From Octopus sinensis (taxonomy: Eukaryota): DNA of 64,000 nucleotides. Below the pieces are notes generated by a model. It had not been told where the DNA came from and made no database searches. It worked only from the letters and a program-made list of their open reading frames with translations. This document shows, in pieces, positions 56,561-64,000 of the stretch (the first letter of the stretch is position 1; every line of letters starts with the position of its first letter). Position numbers and translations under genes: made by a program. The stretch is taken from the NCBI RefSeq assembly GCF_006345805.1, contig NC_043002.1:90272001-90336000 (forward strand). Direction: 5' to 3'.

Positions 56561-56878
56561 ATAGAGTGTCTGATAATGAGATGGAATGGTCATGGTAGGA
56601 ACACATAAATCTGTCTACTGAGACAACAATAATTCACACAAAGTAAACTTTATTTTATTCAAGACAGAATGACAAGATTTTCATTTGTAACTGTTCTTTT
56701 AGATTCAGCTGATTTTTAATTGTTGCTTTAAGCCTAATAGATTTTTAACTGATTGCGTGATGTTTGAAACTTTTCAAATATTTAAATCATGAATGTTGCA
56801 CATTCTCAGTTCCCCTCCTCTGTAAGTAAAGCGGGGGACTTGTACATTAAGGATGAATATAGTTCTGAGGTTTTGCAT

Positions 56879-57108
56879 CATCACCACCATCACCACCACC
56901 ACCACCACCACCACCACCACCACCACCACCAACACCAACACCACCACCACCACCACCACCACCACCACCACCACCACCACCACCACCCAAAACACACCCA
57001 CCACCCAAAACACACCCATCACCCACACACACACCACCACCAAACCACCACCACCACCACCAACACCAACACCACCACCACCACCACCACCTCCACAACC
57101 ACCACTGT
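56879..57108. repeat. (CCA)n-rich tract (G-rich on the minus strand)
   Basis: Seen directly. Confidence 0.9.
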
Positions 57109-57689
57109 TTTAACATTAACTTTTTCTTGCTTGCATGAGGTCAGATGGAATTTGTTGAGACAGATTTTCTATGGCTGGATGCTTTTTCTGTTGCCAACCC
57201 TGACCTTGTTTCTGAGCAAGGTATTATTTTCCTATCGCCAAACATGTTTTTCAAGGAAGACTGGAAACAAAAAACAACTCTTGTATGACAATGATGCTCC
57301 ATTATAACCAGCATGTAATGTCAAGGCAAGGGTACATCCACACCCATATATGCACATACGATGGGCTTCTTTAAGTATCCGTCTACCAAATCCATCTCAC
57401 TAGGCTTTGGTTGGTCTGGGGCTATAGTAGAAGACACTTGCCCAAGATGCTATGCACATGGTTGGGAAGCAAGCTTCTTAACCAGACAGCTATACACACA
57501 CACAGAGTTATAATAAAAACAAGGGTTACTCTATACTTTTGTAGAGTATAAATTTATTATTCTTATACAAAAATGTTTTTTAGTGACTTCGAAGTTCCAG
57601 CCAACGATGTCATCATTGGACTGCCTGACAACTGACAATAGCTTAGTTGGCCAAAATTTTGAGGTCACTTCCAAGAACATTCTTGTATG

Positions 57690-57774
<85 letters not shown>

Positions 57775-58658
57775 TAATAATAATAATAATTTATTATTAT
57801 ACCCTCCTCATACACACACAAAACACACACAAGCACACGTGTACCCTAATAATTTCAGTTGATATAACTTTCTGTCTACCTGTCTCCTGTTTATGACTTT
57901 TATTGCAAAAGACTTTGGTCTATTTAATTTAAACTCACCTGGAGAAATTTGAAATTTATTTTTAAGAGGGCAGAGGTCACAAAGACACATAGACACACAC
58001 ACACACACAATAAACACCCATCCATGGATAACTACATGCATACATACACACACATGGCATTTCCTTGACATGTGTACAGCCATCTATTGAAAAGTCAAGA
58101 ATAGATTGGGAAGCCATATCTTTAGCAACTTACATGAAAAGTATATAAGTTTTAGGGACTGTACAACATGGGTGTGGTTCTAGCAGAGAAGAAGCAGACA
58201 GAAATTCTGTGTATTGGTGATAGTGGTGATGGCGATGGTGGTGGTGGTGGTAGTGGAATAGGGTGGGAAATGGTACTGCTGTTACTTTGAGGTGCTGCTA
58301 TTTGAAAAAAAAAAAAACAATAAAAAATCATATTACATGTCTTTTACTTCTTTTACAGCTGTGTATCTTTCTCCCTCCCCTTCACCTTTCTCCATATTGT
58401 GTTTCCTCATCACTTTCTTCCTCCCTTCCTACCTCTGTCGTTCTTTGTCTCTCTCTGTCTCTCTTTCTACCCCTGATTTCTTACCTCCCCACCCACCTAA
58501 CTCTACTACTACTACTACTATTTCTTCTGTGGCACCTAGTATTAGTTACTGAATGGTGGTAGTGATGTTTGGCTATGTGTTGAAGCTAGAATCTTTGTGA
58601 AGCAAACTACTATACGTATGTGTCCATATACATACACATACACATACAAATGTGTATG

Positions 58659-58710
<52 letters not shown>

Positions 58711-59156
58711 TATATACATATATCCATGCATATATATATCTATATGTATAGGTATGTAGGTATGTGTATCTGTCTGCCTGTTTAGTTCATAGCTGGGGAG
58801 AAGGAAGGCAAGTCGGTTTTAAAGAATGCTGCTGGCTTTATTACCCTGGGGCAGACAAAATTAAGGGATTTGAACCCCTTAAATGATGGAACGCCAGAAA
58901 CAATGGAGTAAGTCTATTGTCTATTGTAAACATCCATTCTACCCTTAAATCTTTGGTCCACTTTTTCACCATTCCACTGGCTTTGTTTCTAAAACCACAA
59001 GAATAGTAACTTATTTTATTATCTTATATTTGATTGATTTATTTATTCTTGAAGAAATGATTTTTTTTGTGATAGATTTTGGTATTTCCAGATAATTTTG
59101 GCTATTATTTTGTTGTTTGATTTGGTCTTTATCAGATTAATTTTTTACATTAGGTA

Positions 59157-59455
59157 TCATCATCACCATCACCATCATCATCATTATCACTGACATCATC
59201 ATCATCATTATTATCAACATCATTATAGTTACCATTTTTGTCATTGTCATCATAATTACCACTGTCATCATCATCATAATCATCATCATCATCATCATCA
59301 TCATTATCACTGACATCATCCTCATCATTATTATCAACATCATTATAGTTACCATTTTTGTCATTGTCATCATAATTACCACTGTCATCATCATCATAAT
59401 CATCATCATCATCATCATCATCATCATTGTCATCAACATCATAATCATCATCAAC
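59157..59455. repeat. (CAT)-derived array with a 120-bp tandem duplication
   Basis: tcattatcactgacatc at 59181 and 59301. Confidence 0.9.
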
Positions 59456-59884
59456 ATGTTGAATGCAGATGTGTAGCAGCAACATCTGCTATCCATTTCC
59501 AATTCTTAGTTGGAACCAGTTGATCTTTTTTCTTTTCTTTTCTTTTCAGTTAGATCCTTGGATATAATTCATAACTCATGTGAAAGATTCTTTTCACAGT
59601 ATTAATATTATTATCAATATTATCATTGTTAAGGCGGTAAACCTGGCACAGTCTTCTTCTCTTGATCGTTCAAGTCTTGTTCAACATTTATTGTCACTCT
59701 TCCAGCTTCACCTTCTTCACTAATATACTTCATTAGCAGAGTGATTTTCTTCCTTTTCACTTTCTTCATTTCTTGCCCCCTTCCTTTCCACTTTCTACTA
59801 CTGTTGCTTCATACTCTTCCTGTTGTTATTATCATTACCATTTAATGATGATGATGATATAAATAATAATAATAATAATAATAA

Positions 59885-59929
<45 letters not shown>

Positions 59930-59937
<8 letters not shown>

Positions 59938-60721
59938 GTACCTGTTGAATGACTAAAGTTGATGAAATTGACTTACCCCCTCCTCTAAAATTGCTGGTCT
60001 TGTGCCAAAATTCGAAAACATTATTATTTTGGCAGGCAGGGTGGCAAGCCGACAGAATCGTTAGCACATCAGGCAAAATGCTTAGTGGCATTTTGTTTGT
60101 CTTTACGTTCTGAGTTCAAATTTCATCAGGGTTTACTTTGCCTTTCATACTTTCAGGGGTTGATAAAACAAGTACCAGTTGAACACTAGGCTCAATGTAA
60201 TTGAATTGCACTTCCCTTAAGATTACTGGCTTGGTGCCAAAATATGAAACCAATTTTATTATTAGTGGCAGAATCTTTAGCATGCTGAGCATGCTTAGCG
60301 ACATTTCGCCAATCTTTATGTTCTAAGTTCAATTTCCACTGAAGTTGACTTTGCCTTTCATCCTTTTGGGGTCAATAAAATAAGTACCAGTTCTGCACTG
60401 GAGCTGATTTAATTGACATAGCTCCTCCTCCAAAACCTGCTGGCCTTGTGCAAAAATTTGAAACAATTATTACTATTATTGTTGTTGTTGTTAGAATCAT
60501 TAGCATGCTGGACAAAATGCATAGCAGCATTTTGTCTGTCCTTAGTTCTAAGTTCAAATTCTGTTGAGGTCGACTTTGCCTTTTATCCTTTCAGGGTTGA
60601 TAAATTAAGTACCAGTTGTGTACTGAGGTTGATCTAATTGACTGCCCCCACCTCACCCAAAATTTCAGGCCTTTTGCCTATAATAGAAAGGGTTATTGTA
60701 ATAATAATAATAACAATAATG

Positions 60722-60783
<62 letters not shown>

Positions 60784-60872
60784 TATAATAATAATAATAA
60801 TAATAACAGTAATAATAATTATTATTATTATTGTTGTTGTTGTTGTTATTATTATCATTATTATTATTATTA

Positions 60873-60907
<35 letters not shown>

Positions 60908-61650
60908 GGAGTGATGGAGCTTCTGACAAGCCAGCTCTTTACATTCTGAGTTCAAATCTTGCTATAGACATCCTTCCCCAGTTGATAAAATAATGTAGCA
61001 GTCAAGAACTGGAGTTGATATATTTGATTGACCCCATTCCTAGTACCAAATTTGTGGCCTTCTGACTGTGTTAGAAAATATTATTGTTGGTATGTCACAA
61101 TGCAAAATATAAGTTTTAGGGTTCAGTTCCTTGTTAAAGTCATCTCAATTCAATGATACTGTAAATAAGACTTAGAAAGGCATGCACATCACACAGTTCC
61201 TTTGACCTCTCTCTCTTCTAAAACATAGGGCCTTCATTGTTTTACATTGCTGATCCATTTATTCATTATCATCGTCATAATTTAATATCTGCTTTCCATG
61301 CTGGCATGAGTTGGATGGTTTGACAGGAGCTGACCAGTTGGAAAGCTGCACGTGTTCTGTATCTGTTTTGGCATGGTTTCAACATGTGTGTGTGTTATGT
61401 TTTCAATATATGTTTGTATATATGAAAGTCGCAAGCTGGCAGAATTAGTAGCATACTAGGAAAAATGCTTGGTGCCATTTCATCTGTCTTCGTGTTCTGA
61501 GTTTAAATTCTGCTGAAGTTGACTTTGCCTTTCGTCATTTTGGGGTCATACAAAATAAATAAATACCAGTTGAAATAAGTACCAAGTCAATGTAACTCAC
61601 TTACACCACCCCTAAAATTGCTGGCTCAGTGCCAAAATTTAAAACCAATA
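59930..61650 (+). mobile_element. Cluster of diverged short-tail SINE B copies (about five on +, one partial on -)
   Basis: Copies at ~60035, ~60265, ~60495, ~60940 and ~61430, mostly followed by ATT/AAT runs. Confidence 0.7.
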
Positions 61651-62357
61651 TATGTTTGTATATATGAGTGTTCATGTTTGTGTATGGATATGTGAGTGAA
61701 CATATGCATATGTAGGAGTGTATACACATGTATGTACGTTTGAACAAGTCATAGACAGTCTCAGATCACCTGATGACAAGCAATGTCTCATGTGGTCCCC
61801 TTCTCAAGAACAGTTACCCATGGCTGTCTTCGAATGTAGAAATCTGTATAAATATCTGGAATTATTCACCTAGTTGTAATCATTTGGTAATTACTGCAGA
61901 TACTTCTATAAAGTATATGCTTACCTGTCCTCACACTAACAATAGAGTACCTGAGGAGACATAACTCGGTAATTAAATAATTAAAGTTAAAATTTTTGAT
62001 AAAGAAAGTTTAATCGCTACCTTAATTCAAAATTTCAATATTTCCTAGAATTAACATGGATATGCATTAAAATTGAAACACTAAATTTTTCTTCTGTGTA
62101 ATTTTCATATTGAAGAAGGGGAAAAAAAAAAATTCTTTTATTCTTTCTTTTATTCCTTTATTTGTTTCAGTCATTTGACTGTGGCCATGCTAGAGCACTG
62201 CCTTTAGTCAAACAAATCGACCCCAGGACTTATTCTTTGTAAGCCTAGCCTAGTACTTATTCTATTGGTCTCTTTTGCTGAACTGCTAAGTTACAAGGAC
62301 ATAAACACACCAACTCCGATTGTCAAGCGATGGTAGGGAGACAAACACAGACAGACA

Positions 62358-62409
<52 letters not shown>

Positions 62410-62643
62410 ACGAACTTCTTTCAGCTTCCACCTACCAAATCCACTAACAAGGGTTTGGTCAGCCTGAGGCTATAGAAGAAGACACCTGCCCAAGATGTCA
62501 CGCAGTGGGATTGAACCTGGAACTTTGTATAAAAATGTTTATCATCCTTAAGTTTATACATTCAGCCAGAGTATATATGTGCGCATATATTTGTATATGT
62601 ATGTTTCTCTCTCTCTTTCTCTGTCTGTCTGTCTGTCTGCCTT

Positions 62644-62702
<59 letters not shown>

Positions 62703-62757
62703 CATCATCATCATCATCATCATCATATATATATATATATAAGTATATGTATATATG

Positions 62758-62990
62758 TATTTCTTTACTACCCACAAGGGGCTAAACACAGAGGGGACAA
62801 ACAAGGACAGACAAATGGATTAAGTTGATTACATCGATCCCAGTGCGTAACTGGTACTTAATTTATCGACCCCGAAAGGATGAAAGGCAGAGTCGACCTC
62901 GACGGAATTTGAACTCAGATCGTAACGGCAGACGAAATACGGCTACGCATTTCGCCCGGCGTGCTAACATTTCTGCCAGCTCGCCGCCTT
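62758..62990 (-). mobile_element. SINE family B, full length, young
   Basis: CpGs intact; flanked by (TA)-rich runs. Confidence 0.88.
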
Positions 62991-63584
62991 TATATATGTA
63001 TATATGTATATATGTATATATGTATATATGTGTGTCTCTCTCTCTATATATATATTTCTGCAGCTGGATGCCCTTCCTAATGCCAACCACTTTAGAATGC
63101 ATACAGGATATGTAGTTTTTTTCCCTACCATTGGCACAAGTAATTAATGAAACAGTAAAAGAACAAAAGAAATGAAAAAAACCCACATTGACTAAGTGGT
63201 GGGGGCGGGGAGAGTATTTGAGATAGAGAAGGGGTAGTGGAACTTTGCTAGTTGTTGGGAGGTTAAAGTATGGTAGAGAGACAAGCACAGGTGCCTTGCT
63301 AGAGAGGAGATACATGGCTACCCCCCTGTGCATTATATAAGGGTGGGTAGGAGTAGCCAGGAAGAAAACAAGGTCTTTTATAGTTTTTTTAAAAATTCCA
63401 TCAATTCTATTCTACTCCGCCCCAACACCTTCATTATTTGCTCTTTTGCCTATTGTTGTTGTTATTTGTTGGTCCTGTTGTTGTTGTTGTTGTTTTGGCA
63501 ATTGTTACCATAAATTTTGTTCTTTATCGCCACTGTTATTTATCATTGTATTTATCATTTTATGCATGTTATATCCATGAGTAT

Positions 63585-63795
63585 ACTCTTTTCTCTTTTA
63601 CTTGTTTCAGTCATTTTACTGCGGCCATGCTGGAGCACCGCCTTTAGTCGAGCAAATCGACCCCAGGACTTATTCTTTGTAAGCCCAGTACTTATTCTAT
63701 CGGTCTCTTTTGCCGAACCGCTAAGTGACGGGGACGTAAACACACACCAGCATCGGTTGTCAAGCAATGCTAGGGGAACAAACACAGACACACAA

Positions 63796-63828
<33 letters not shown>

Positions 63829-63995
63829 CATATATACGACAGGCTTCTTTCAGTTTCCGTCTACCAAATCCACTCACAAGGCATTGGTCGGCCCGAGGCT
63901 ATAGTAGAAGACACTTGCACAAGGTGCCACGCAGTGGGACTGAACCCGGAACCATGTGGTTGGTTAGCAAGCTACTTACCACACAGCCACTCCTG
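63585..63995 (-). mobile_element. SINE family A, full length, young
   Basis: Near-exact reverse complement of 7121-7524. Confidence 0.9.
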
Positions 63996-64000
63996 TATGG

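Noticed and set aside
56789-57307. 172-aa ORF with poly-His and poly-Thr
   Set aside because: Mostly (CCA)n running into an RTE tail; the unique N-terminal part is short and unrecognised.
59150-59485. Asp-rich ORF resembling acidic biomineralisation proteins
   Set aside because: Derived from (GAT)n with a 120-bp duplication; no signal peptide or exon evidence.

Overview
This is AT-rich, repeat-saturated eukaryotic DNA, most likely intronic or intergenic. The SINE families, RTE tails and microsatellite load match what I recall of Octopus (coleoid cephalopod) genomes; that is an inference, not a database result. I found no confident host protein-coding gene, and nearly all ORFs in the track are microsatellite or repeat artefacts. 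The real coding remnants are all transposon-derived: RTE reverse transcriptase C-terminus (35919-36480, 2720-2858), CR1 C-terminus (39569-39836), two R4/Dong-like restriction-like-endonuclease fragments abutting (TAA)n, and a mariner transposase N-terminus (56350-56560). The window also holds three non-autonomous Helitrons with A|TC...hairpin-CTAG|T ends, piggyBac, hAT and Tc1/mariner-type MITEs, and dozens of tRNA-derived SINE copies from about four modular families, here labelled A-D with my own labels. There are many nested insertions and kb-scale microsatellites with higher-order repeats. The most notable structure is a 2.35-kb Helitron (17729-20082) that splits a SINE at its internal (TA)n. 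It carries a palindromic 42-bp tandem array, an internal ~819-bp duplication and an RTE tail. Element ends are read by eye and are approximate unless a TSD or terminal motif is quoted.
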